Assembly: GCA_963700415.1 (NCBI GenBank)
Contig: CAVOXS010000003.1
Span: 45,256 to 109,255 of the forward strand
Length of the DNA: 64,000 nt
Source: an uncultured beta proteobacterium
Lineage (GTDB): Bacteria > Pseudomonadota > Gammaproteobacteria > Burkholderiales > Casimicrobiaceae
Reading direction: 5' to 3'
Part shown: positions 18,489-27,071 of the stretch, piece after piece
Position numbering within the stretch: position 1 is the stretch's first letter
Layout of the letters: each line of letters starts with the position of its first letter
Notes under the pieces: generated by a model
What the model saw: only the letters and a program-made list of their open reading frames with translations
What the model was told of the DNA's origin: nothing
Databases searched by the model: none
Translations under genes and position numbers: made by a program

Positions 18489-20176
18489 ATGCCCGCCATC
18501 GCCTTCGACCGTTTCTACCGCTACGCCGACCTCACCGCGATCCTCCAGGCCTTCGCGGCCGAGCATCCGGGCCTCGTGTCGATCGAATCGATCGGCAAGA
18601 GCCACGAGGGCCGCGACGTCTGGGTGCTGACCGTCACCAGCGCTCGCCACGGGCCCCGCGGCCGAGAAGCCGGCGTTCTGGGTGGACGGCAACATCCACT
18701 CGACCGAGGTCGCGGCATCGGCGGCGAACCTTTACTTCCTGCACACGCTTGGTCACCGGGTACGGCAGCGATCCCGACGTGACCCGGGCGCTCGACACCC
18801 GCGCGTTCTACGTCTGTCCGCGGATCAACCCGGACGGCGCCGAATGGGCGCTCGCGGACAAGCCGAAATGGGTCCGCTCGAGCACCCGCCCGTATCCGTG
18901 GGACGAAGAGGAGATCGACGGGCTCACCGTCGAGGACGTCGACGGCGACGGCCGGATCCTCCAGATGCGCATGCCCGATCCCAACGGACTCTGGAAGGAC
19001 CACCCCGAGCAACCGGGCCTGATGATCCGGCGCGACCCCGTCGAAACCGGCGGCAGCTATTACCGGATACTTCCCGAAGGCACGATCGAGGGTTGGGATG
19101 GCTTCACGTTACGAGTGAAGAAAAATAAGCAGGGACTTGATCTGAATAGAAATTTCCCGGCGAACTGGCGCCAGGAGTTCGAGCAGCTCGGTGCCGGGCC
19201 GTTTCCAACCTCGGAGCCCGAGGTCCGCGCGGTCGTGGAGTTCGTCGCCGGCCATCCGAACATCACCGGGGGCGTCGCCTTTCACACCTGGAGCGGCGTG
19301 CTGCTGCGTCCGTTCGACCATCAGTCCGACGCGGAGATGCACGCCGAGGACCTCTGGCACTACCGGAAGGCCGGGGCGAAGGGGACCGAGCTGACCGGCT
19401 ATCCGGCGATCTCGGTCTACGAGGAATTCCGCTATCACCCCAAGCAGGTCATCGGCGGCGCGTTCGACTGGATCTACGAGCACCTCGGGATGTTCAGCTG
19501 GGTGGTCGAGATCTGGAGCCCGATGCACGAGGCCGGCATCAGGAACTACAAATACATCGACTGGTTCCGCGACCATCCGATCGAGGACGACCTCAAGCTC
19601 TATCGCTGGAACGTCGAGCAGCTCGGCGGGGCCGCGCACATCCCGTGGCGGCCGTTCGACCATCCGCAGCTGGGCCGCATCGAGATCGGCGGCTGGAACC
19701 GCTTCCACGCGTTCGGCAACCCGCCGCCGGCGTTCCTCGAGCGCGAGATCGCGCGCTTCCCGAAGTGGCTCCTCTGGCAGGCGCTGACGTCGCCGAAGAT
19801 GGAGCTGGTGGCGGCCGCAGCCGACCCGCTGGGCGACGACCATTGGCGCGTCCGGCTCGTCGTCCAGAACACCGGCTGGCTGCCGAGCTACGTCTCGAAG
19901 CGGGCGCTGGAGCGCAAGGTCGTGCGCGGAGTCATCGCCGAGATCGCGCTGCCCGCCGGCGCCGATCTCGTCCACGGCAAGCGGCGCGAGGACCTGGGCC
20001 AGCTCGAAGGCAAGTGGGGCAAGCACACCGGCGTGTCCTTCTGGCCCGACTACAACGTGACCGACGATCGCGCGAAGATCGAGTGGGTCGTGCGGGGGCG
20101 CAAAGGCGACCGGATCGACCTCGTCGCGCGACACGAGCGCGCCGGCACGGTGCGCGCCGCGGTGACGCTTGGCTGA
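18489..20176 (+). pseudogene. M14 family zinc carboxypeptidase, two +1 frame breaks near 18650 and 18750
   Basis: Three frames carry successive parts. [50 protein letters not shown] is in frame 0. PAAEKPAFWVDGNIHSTEVAASAANLYFLHTL is in frame 1. VTGYGSDPDVTRALDTRAFYVCPRINPDG...NRNFP...FHTWSG is in frame 2. The span is 1688 nt (3n+2). Confidence 0.8.
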
Positions 20177-20221
20177 TCGCCCGTTGGGAGCGGCCATGGC
20201 GATGCGGTTCGGCGCAGGCGA

Positions 20222-20993
20222 GTGCAGAGCCGTCGTCCCGGCCTTCGGCGGCTCGCCGCGCGCCTGCTGGTCGCTGCGGCGGCCGGGCTCGCGGCCATTG
20301 GCGGTGCCGCGCAGGAACCGCGCGGAAGGGGCGGCTCGAAGCATCGAGCACATCATCGTCATCTACGCCGAGAACCGCAGCTTCGATCATCTCTACGGCC
20401 TGTTCCCCGGCGCCAACGGCATTGCGCAGGCGACCCCGGCCGAGTACACGCAGGTCGATCGCGACGGCGCGCCGCTCGCCGAGTTGCCGCCCGCATGGCG
20501 CGGCAGAGACGCCGACCCGGTCTTTCCGCACCGGCTGCCGAACCGGCCGTTCCGCCTCGACGCGCCGCCGTTCGACCTGCCGCTGTCGCAGCGCGTGCGC
20601 AGTGCGGTGCACCGGTATTACCAGAATCGCGAGCAGATCAACGGCGGGCGCAACGACCGCTTCGCGGCAGTGTCCGATGCCGGCGGCTTCGTGATGGCGC
20701 ACTACGACGGCTCGAAGCTGCCGATGTGGCAATGGGCGCGCGACTACGTGCTCGCCGACAATTTCTTCATGGCGGCCCACGGCGACTCGTACCTCAATCA
20801 CCAGTGGCTGATCTGCGCGTGCACGCCGCGCGACGAGAACGCGCCGGCCAATCTGCGCGCGCAGGTCGACGGGCGCGGCTGGCTGAAGCGCCGTCCCGGC
20901 TCGCCCGCCTCGGCGGGCGACGGCAACCTGCTGCTGTTCGATGGCAGCGTGACCCCCGATGGCTACGTCGTCAACTCGGGTTACGCGCCGTAA
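20222..20993 (+). pseudogene. phosphoesterase (phospholipase C / acid phosphatase AcpA family), 5' half only, plus a +1 frame break near 20312-20340
   Basis: The signal-like MQSRRPGLRRLAARLLVAAAAGLAAIGGAAQ is in one frame. IEHIIVIYAENRSFDHLYGLFPGANG...NGGRNDRF...SYLNHQWLICACTP is in the next. The ORF stops at ...DGYVVNSGYAP, roughly half the usual family length. Confidence 0.65.
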
Positions 20994-21049
20994 GTTTCTG
21001 CGCGTAGCCCTCCCCGACGAACGGCGCGCCGGCCTGCCGGCGGAGGCCC

Positions 21050-22011
21050 TTGCGCTCGTCGAGCAGGACGGTGGACGAGACCGGTGAACTCGAAGTGCTC
21101 CACTTCGACCACGCCGATCCGGCCGACGATTTCTATCTTCATTTTCTGCGCACGCCCAAGGGCAGGTTCTCGCTCCATTTCGCGGGCAGGGTGCCCGACG
21201 CAGCCGCCGGCAAGAGGGTCCGTGTCCGTGGCGTCAAGCTGCGAGCAGGCCATCGTTCTGGCCAACGCCGGCGACATCACCACGGCTCACGGCCATCGCC
21301 GATCGGGGCGGCGCTGCCGGGCACGCTGGGCGCGCAGAGGACGCTGGCGATCCTGGTCAACTTCCGTGACGCGCCGACGCAGCCGTTCTCTGTCGCGTAC
21401 GCGCAGGGTCTGATGTTCGGCACGACCAGCAACTACGACTACGAGACCTCGTACCAGCAAACGTCGCTGACCGGCGATGTCGCGGGCTGGTTCACGATCG
21501 CGGAATCGAGCGGCGCGTGCAATTACGGCAATATCGCGGCACAGGCGCGACAGGCCGCTACGGCGGCGGGCTACGCGCTCGCGAATTACGCGCGGTACGT
21601 CTACGTGTTCCCTGCCAACACCTGCGCCTGGTGGGGGCTGGGTTCCGTCGGCGGCAACCCTTCGCAGGCGTGGATCCACGCCAAGTGGGGCTTCACGCTG
21701 CCGGTGGTCGGGCATGAAATGGGTCACAACTTCGGTCTCTATCACTCGCATTCGCTCGACTGCGGCGCGGTTTCCATCGCGGCTGGCGGCTGTGCGTGCC
21801 TCCGACTACGGCGACATCTTCGACATGATGGGCAGTTCCAACACCACGCCCCACTACAACGCCTTCCAGAAAGAACGCCTCGGATGGCTCAATTCCGGGG
21901 TGTCGCCGCCGATCACCACCGCTATCCGCGGTGCCGGGAACGACCAGCCACACGATCGCGCCGATCGAGGATGCCCGAAACGGCGTGCCGCGGGCACTCA
22001 AGATTCCGCGC
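21050..22011 (+). pseudogene. zinc metallopeptidase core (HEMGHNFGLYH; gametolysin/M11-like), lacking N- and C-terminal parts, with frame breaks near 21797 and 21928
   Basis: ELEVLHFDHADPADDFYLHF...TLGAQRTLAILVNFRDAP...WWGLGSVGG...VVGHEMGHNFGLYHSHSLDCG is followed by SDYGDIFDMMG...AFQKERLGWL (+1 frame) and then AVPGTTSHTIAPIEDARNGVPRALKIPRG (+1 again). There is no signal peptide or credible start. The M11 family assignment is tentative. Confidence 0.6.
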
Positions 22012-22762
22012 GGAATCGGCGCGGCGGGAACGCTCTTCGTCGCAGGTTGCGAGCGGCTGTCCAACAGCGACTGGTTTCCGAAGGTCCTGAGCGCCGGCGA
22101 GACGGCAAGCGCCGCGGCGGCGCGCGCAGTGACCTCGCGCAAGTCGATGGCGCAGGAGTTCACCGATGCCGATCGCTCGCCGACCTTTCGCAGCAATGGA
22201 ACCGCGGAGCCGGACAGCGATGCCTATCGGCTGCTCGCGGCGAACGGGTTTGCCGACTACCGCCTGGAGGTCGGCGGGCTCGTCGCGCAGCCGGCCAGCC
22301 TTTCGCTGGCGGACCTGCGCGCGCTGCCGAGCCGGACGCAGATCACGCGGCACGATTGCGTCGAAGGCTGGAGCGCCATCGCGAAGTGGAAGGGCGCACG
22401 GCTCTCAGCGCTGCTCGAGGCGGTGCGACCGGGGCCCCGTGCGCGGTTCGTCGTGTTCCATTGCGCCGATCCCATGGAAGCCGGCGGCGCCAGTCCCTGT
22501 TACGAGAGCATCGATCTCGAGGATGCGTTCATCCGCAGGACTATCCTGGCCTACGAAATGAACGACGCGGTGTTGCCCGTCGCCAACGGCGCTCCGGTCC
22601 GATTGCGCGTCGAACGGCAGCTGGGCTACAAGCACGCGAAGTACGTGATGCGCATCGAACTGGTCGAAAGCTTCGCCGGGATCGCGGGCGGGAAGGGCGG
22701 TTACTGGGAGGCACCAGGGCTATCAGTGGCCCCGGTCACGCATTCCCGAATACGCCGTGTAA
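22012..22762 (+). pseudogene. molybdopterin-dependent oxidoreductase (sulfite oxidase / YedY-like fold), missing its own start and fused in frame to the peptidase remnant; probable +1 break near 22711
   Basis: GIGAAGTLFVAGCERLSNSDWFPKVL looks like the end of a Tat/lipoprotein signal. Further motifs: FRSNGTAEP, SRTQITRHDCVEGWSAIAKWKGARL, APVRLRVERQLGYKHAKYV. The expected C-terminal GGYWE-HQGYQW continues in the +1 frame to TAA at 22760-22762. Confidence 0.65.
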
Positions 22763-22975
22763 AAACCACTCGCCGTCGTCGATCCCGTAGCGGTGATCGC
22801 GATAGATCCACACGGTCTCGCCGCGCGGGTTCTCGGCGACGAAGTAATCGCGGCGCACGTCGCGGCCGTCCCACCATCCCGACTCGATCCGCTCCGGCCC
22901 GTCGCGCAGCACCCACGGTTGCGCTTCGAGCCGGTGACCGAGCGGCTCCGGCTCGGCGAGCAGCCAGACCGGGCG

Positions 22976-23060
22976 GGGGACAGGCCACGGTTTTCGAAGC
23001 GGTCGTTCGGCTGTTCCCGTGAAATCGCGTGGCCTGTCTCGGACAAGTCGATTCTGACCC
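22976..23060. repeat. composite palindromic repeat inside imuB (GGGGACAGGCCACG...CGTGGCCTGTC unit plus a GTCGATTCTGACCC half arm)
   Basis: gggggacaggccacgg...cgcgtggcctgtctc followed by ggacaagtcgattctgaccc. If it begins at 22975 its length is 86 nt (3n+2), which equals the frame change seen across it. Confidence 0.75.
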
Positions 23061-23760
23061 TGCTTTCGCGCCACGCGCGCTCGGGCCGGTGCTCGGCGTG
23101 CGGCGCGACGAGCGTCACCGCATCTTCGCCCAGCCGTGCGCGCAAGCGGTCGAGCAGCGGAACGGTCGCGAGCTGCCTCGTCCCCGGGGAAGAGGCCGAG
23201 GTTGCGGCTGGCCAGAGGGGCGGTCGCCTTGCTCGCGAGCGTGATCGCCTCGACCGGCGCCGGCAGCACGATGCGCGCGAGCCGCTCGCGCAGCACGGCG
23301 ACGAGATGCGCGGGCTCGCGCGCCGGCGCGGCGAGCGCGAAGCCGACGATGGTGGCGGGCACGCCGGTCGCAACACGGACGTAACGCTCGTGCGCGAGCA
23401 CGAGCGACATTTCGACGACACCGAGCCCGCGGCCCGTGAGCCATCCCGCCAACTCGAGCACGAGCCGGTTCACCGCGAACGCGAGCGCGTCGACGCTTGC
23501 CACCGGCGCCGGCAGGTCGAGTTTTCCCGTATAGCCCGGCGGCGGCACGAACGGCGGTCGCGGCTCCGGGACGAGCCCGCGCACGCGATCGAGAATGGCG
23601 ACGAAATCCGCGCCCACGCGCCGTGCCAGCGCGGCGCGCGGCAGCGCGCACGCCTGCCCGAAGGTCGTGATGCCGGCCGCGGCGAGCGTCGCGACGGCGG
23701 CGGGATCGGCTTCGGTGAGAGAGAGCGGCAACGGGAGAAGCGCGTCGAGCCAGGACATGC

Positions 23761-23840
23761 GGGCGAATCAGGCGCGGACGTTTGCTCGATCGCTCCCGGT
23801 CTTGCTCGCGAGAGCTGCCGGAAAAGCGGGATCTGACCCC
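23761..23840. repeat. degenerate ~80-nt copy of the GGGGTCAGA-type repeat inside imuB, carrying the in-frame stop
   Basis: The right arm ccggaaaagcgggatctgacccc resembles the E2 arm. The degenerate left arm is gggcgaatcaggcgcgg. The TGA at 23768-23770 falls in the TCAG core of the left arm. Confidence 0.55.
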
Positions 23841-24341
23841 GCCGTTGCCGCGCGCGCGAACAGCAGGGCCGCGGCGGGCGTGGGCGCGAGCGCGAGCCGC
23901 GTGGCGTAGCCAAGGTCGTGCGCGCCCCGGGAAAGCCTTGCGCTCAGCTGCGGCAGGCCGCCGAAGAGCCGCAGGCTGCCGCCGATCTCCGCGAGCACCG
24001 CGTCGGGCGGCGCGAGCGCGACAGCCGGCGTGAACTGCGTTGCCCAGGACGCCACGGCTTCGAGCGCGGCGGACTCGGCATCGGGTCGCGGTCGCGCAGC
24101 ACGAGGTCGGGCGCGAGCGCGAGCGACGCCGAGACGAGCTGTCCCGGGCGGATCCCGGCGTCGCGCGCGCCGGCATTCGCGTCGACGATGCGCGGCGTGC
24201 GCCCGCCGCTGCCCACCGCGAACGGCTTTGCCGCCTCAGCGGGCGAGGCCGCCCGCGCGAAGACGTCGAGGGGCAGCGAGGGCAGAAGCAGGCACGCCCA
24301 GAGCATGGCGGATGGCGGCAACGCGCGCGGGCCTGTTCACG

Positions 24342-25052
24342 CTACGTCGGCAAGACGTGTGGCGGGCGCAAACGGCCGGACGCGAGCGCACGGCCCGCGC
24401 TGGTGCGAGGATCGAGGAGCGGCGGGACGCCGCCGGCGGCATCCACGTCGAGGCATACCGGCTGCGCGAGCTCGCCGCCGCGGCGCTTCAGCACGTGCAC
24501 CGCGAGCCGGCCCTCCCGCGGGGCGAGTGCCAGCCGCAACGACGCGGTGGCGGCGATCGCGCGCTGGCCGGGACGCCGCCACAGCACGCCCCAGGTGCGA
24601 CCCTCGCGCGCGGCGACCGCGAGCCTGCGCATCGTGCGGTCGTCGTGCGGGCCGAGCCACGCGAACGCGGCGCCGCATCCGGGCGCACGCAGCGCCTGCT
24701 CGTAGGCCCACAGCTGATCCGCCGGGTTGCGGCAATGGACGACCAGCAGCCGCGCGAGATCGAGCCCCGCGGCAGCGAGCGCCGGCGCGTACGGCACATG
24801 GGGCGGCGCGATCCAGACGACGTCACGGCCCTGTGCCTGCAACCGCGCGAGCGCCGGCAGCGTGAGACGGATCTCGCCGATGCCCTCGCGTTCGAGCACG
24901 ATCTCGGTCAACGCGGCTCCCGGCCAGCCGCGACCGGGCAGCACGGCATCGAGCGCGGGAAAACCCGACGGCAACGCGGCGGGCTCGGGCGCGCAGTCGC
25001 CGCCGCGCCAGATGGCGGGGTTGGACAGCACGGCGGCGAGGGCGGGATTCAT
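24342..25052 (-). CDS. imuA: ImuA (RecA/SulA-like SOS mutagenesis protein)
   Basis: MNPALAAVLSNPAIWRGGDCAPEPAALPSGFPALDAVLPGRGWPGAALTEIVLEREGIGEIRL..., 236 aa. It forms the lower part of ORF 24342..26207 and lies directly upstream of imuB. Confidence 0.85.
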   Translation of the reverse strand: MNPALAAVLSNPAIWRGGDCAPEPAALPSGFPALDAVLPGRGWPGAALTEIVLEREGIGEIRLTLPALARLQAQGRDVVWIAPPHVPYAPALAAAGLDLARLLVVHCRNPADQLWAYEQALRAPGCGAAFAWLGPHDDRTMRRLAVAAREGRTWGVLWRRPGQRAIAATASLRLALAPREGRLAVHVLKRRGGELAQPVCLDVDAAGGVPPLLDPRTSAGRALASGRLRPPHVLPT

Positions 25053-25120
25053 GGGGACAGACCATGCTCTTCCGGCAGGCTTCGCACGGGCAATGTCGGG
25101 GACAACGCGGTCTGTCTCCC
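25053..25120. repeat. GGGGACAGACC/GGTCTGTC-type palindromic repeat filling the VOC-imuA intergenic gap
   Basis: ggggacagaccatgctcttccggcaggcttcgcacgggcaatgtcggggacaacgcggtctgtctccc. It abuts the imuA ATG (25052) and overlaps the VOC stop codon (25120-25122) by 1 nt. It is about 80% identical by hand alignment to the lexA leader copy. Confidence 0.85.
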
Positions 25121-25579
25121 TATGCTCCCATCGCCTTCGCCGCGCGTTTTTCGAGCTCGTCCGGCGGAACGTCTTCGACGTGAGTGGCGAGATACCAGTG
25201 ATAGCCGAACGGATCGTCGACGCCACCGGTGCGATCGCCGTAGAACTGGTTCGCGACCGGCCGGGTGAGCGTAGCACCGGCGGCGACGGCCTGCGCGACC
25301 GCGCGTCGACATCCTCGACATAGACCATCAGCGAGATCGGCGAGCCGCCGAGGGTGCGTGCGCTCTTCGCGCCCATCTCGGGGATTCGTCGGCGAGCATG
25401 ATCGGCGAATCGCCGATCCGGATCTCGGCGTGGCCGATCTTGCCGCCGGGAGCCGGCATGCGCAGCAGCTCGACGGCGCCGAACGCTTTCCGGTAGAACT
25501 CGAGAGCGCGCGTGGCATCGTCGAGGATGAGGTAGGGGGTGACCGAGTGGTAGCCCTCGGGAATCGGTTTCACGGCCAT
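25120..25579 (-). pseudogene. VOC family protein (glyoxalase/PhnB-like), two -1 frame breaks near 25384 and 25303
   Basis: MAVKPIPEGYHSVTPYLILDDATRALEFYRKAFGAVELLRMPAPGGKIGHAEIRIGDSPIMLADE is followed by PEMGAKSARTLGGSPISLMVYVEDVDA, then AQAVAAGATLTRPVANQFYGDRTGGVDDPFGYHWYLATHVEDV..., in three frames. The span is 460 nt (3n-2). AGGAGG lies before the ATG. Confidence 0.8.
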
Positions 25580-25672
25580 GGGTTGCCTCCTGCAAGGTTG
25601 TGACGAGGGTCGGGCGAGCGTGGCGCCGGCGTCGATGCAACGACCGTCGGCATCCCGCTTCGCGCCGGTGCT

Positions 25673-26305
25673 TCAACCGGCCGGCCAGTGCTGCGCGAAC
25701 ACCGGCGCGACCTTGGGTTGTGCTTCGATGCGCAGCAGCGTTTCGTGGAACGCCGGACGCGCCTGCTGCAGATGCGCCCGGGATCCCGACCATTTCGACA
25801 CGACGGCGGCGAGGATGTCGAGCGCGCCGATCTTCTCGCCGCCAAGGTATGGCCGCGCCGGAAAGAGATCGGCGAACATTTCCCAGTGCCGGTGCAATCG
25901 CGCGCGCGAGCCCACCCGGATGCGCTCCTGCATCGCCTCGTCCGCGTTCTCGCACCAGCGCCCGGGAAAATCGATGATGCTGATCGCGGCGTAGCAGTTC
26001 GCCGCGATGAACACCAATCCCCGGATCGCCTGCGCCCGCGCCGAGGCGTCGCGCGGCAGGAGCCCGCTGTCCGGGTGCACGCTGCCGAGATGGATGAGGA
26101 TCGCCGCGCTTTCGGAGAGCACGCTGCCGTCGGGCAGCACGAGGGTCGGAATCTGGCCCAGCGGATTCAGTTGCAACAGCTCGGCGAACGCATCGTTGGG
26201 TTCCCACGATGCGGTCTCGACGACGCGATACGGGGCGCCGATGATTTCCAGCGCGGCCTGCGTCGACGCCGAGCCTGAGCCTTTCTTGCCATAGAGCGTG
26301 TACAT
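25673..26305 (-). CDS. glutathione S-transferase family protein
   Basis: MYTLYGKKGSGSASTQAALEIIGAPYRVVE...NPLGQIPTLVLPDGSVLSESAAILIHL, 210 aa. The RBS is GGAAAAGGAGG. It starts 26 nt after the lexA stop. Confidence 0.85.
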   Translation of the reverse strand: MYTLYGKKGSGSASTQAALEIIGAPYRVVETASWEPNDAFAELLQLNPLGQIPTLVLPDGSVLSESAAILIHLGSVHPDSGLLPRDASARAQAIRGLVFIAANCYAAISIIDFPGRWCENADEAMQERIRVGSRARLHRHWEMFADLFPARPYLGGEKIGALDILAAVVSKWSGSRAHLQQARPAFHETLLRIEAQPKVAPVFAQHWPAG

Positions 26306-26331
26306 GACGCCTCCTTTTCCTGCTTTTCCGC

Positions 26332-26964
26332 TCACCAGCCCTTGCCCTGGCGCACGAGCCCGACGGCCACGCCCTCGATCGTCAGCGGAGCCTTCTTCGG
26401 GTCGACGACGATCGGCTCGAAAGCGGGGTTTTCGGCGACGAGCAGAATCTGCCCGCCGCGGCGCTTCAGGCGCTTCACCGTGACCTCGTCGCCGCCCCGT
26501 CCGGGGAGCCGCGCGACGACGATCTGTCCCGAGCGGGCGTCGGCGGTGCGGTGCACGGCGAGAAGATCGCCGTCGAGGATGCCGGCGTCCTTCATGCTCT
26601 GGCCGCGCACGCGCAGCAGGTAATCGGCGCGCGGCGCGAACAGCGCGGGGTCGAGCCGCACGTGCGCCTCGATGTGCTCGGTCGCGAGGATCGGGCTGCC
26701 GGCGGCGACGCGCCCCACCAGCGGCAGGCCCGTGCCGGGGAGATCCGGCGTCTCTTTCAACCGCAGTCCGCGCGACGCGCCGGGCGTGAGTTCGAGCGCG
26801 CCTTTGCGGGCGAGCGCGCGCAGGTGGTCTTCGGCCGAGCTCGCCGTGCTGAAGCCCAGGCCCGCGGCGATTTCGGCGCGCGTGGGCGGCATGCCCGTGG
26901 ACTCCAGGTGCCGGCGGATCCAGTCGAGGACCTTCTGCTGACGGGCGGTGAGCGGGATCGACAT
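26332..26964 (-). CDS. lexA: LexA repressor
   Basis: [39 protein letters not shown] (winged HTH). It has the cleavage site VAAGSPILA and the Ser/Lys dyad region [12 protein letters not shown]...VTVKRL. ATG at 26964. The longer ORF-track start reads through the repeat. Confidence 0.9.
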   Translation of the reverse strand: MSIPLTARQQKVLDWIRRHLESTGMPPTRAEIAAGLGFSTASSAEDHLRALARKGALELTPGASRGLRLKETPDLPGTGLPLVGRVAAGSPILATEHIEAHVRLDPALFAPRADYLLRVRGQSMKDAGILDGDLLAVHRTADARSGQIVVARLPGRGGDEVTVKRLKRRGGQILLVAENPAFEPIVVDPKKAPLTIEGVAVGLVRQGKGW

Positions 26965-27035
26965 GGGGGACAGACCACCTTCTTTCGGGAAGCCTCGCAC
27001 GAGCGGTGTCGGGGACAAGAACGGGGTCTGTCCCC
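26965..27035. repeat. GGGGACAGACC/GGTCTGTCCCC-type palindromic repeat forming the whole lexA 5' leader
   Basis: gggggacagaccaccttctttcgggaagcctcgcacgagcggtgtcggggacaagaacggggtctgtcccc. It sits directly between the operator/promoter and the lexA ATG. Confidence 0.85.
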
Positions 27036-27048
27036 TCTTTTTGCATAG

Positions 27049-27064
27049 CCGTATGGATATACGG
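27049..27064 (-). promoter_or_regulatory. candidate LexA operator (CCGT-N8-ACGG) in the lexA promoter
   Basis: ccgtatggatatacgg, which reads CCGTATATCCATACGG on the lexA strand. It lies 7 nt downstream of the -10 hexamer. Confidence 0.65.
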
Positions 27065-27071
27065 TAAGTGA

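Larger units (their letters stand above)
22736..24306 (-). pseudogene. imuB: ImuB (Y-family polymerase-like SOS mutagenesis protein), with three frame changes, one in-frame TGA and two repeat insertions
   Basis: MLWACLLLPSLPLDVFARA...LVLRDRDP is followed by a -1 shift near 24084. Next comes AESAALEAVASWATQFTPAV...LLFARAATAG, then an 80-nt repeat with TGA at 23768-23770. MSWLDALLPLPLS...LGLFPG is followed by a +1 shift near 23190, then ATVPLLDRLRARLGEDAVTLVAPHAEHRPERAW. After the repeat at 22976-23060 the frame shifts back, giving PVWLLAEPEPL...ERIESGWWDG...WFLHGVFGNA*. Confidence 0.8.

Noticed and set aside
26965-27018. A longer LexA start ([23 protein letters not shown]...).
   Set aside because: The extra residues are simply the translation of the palindromic repeat. 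The conserved LexA N-terminus starts at [10 protein letters not shown].
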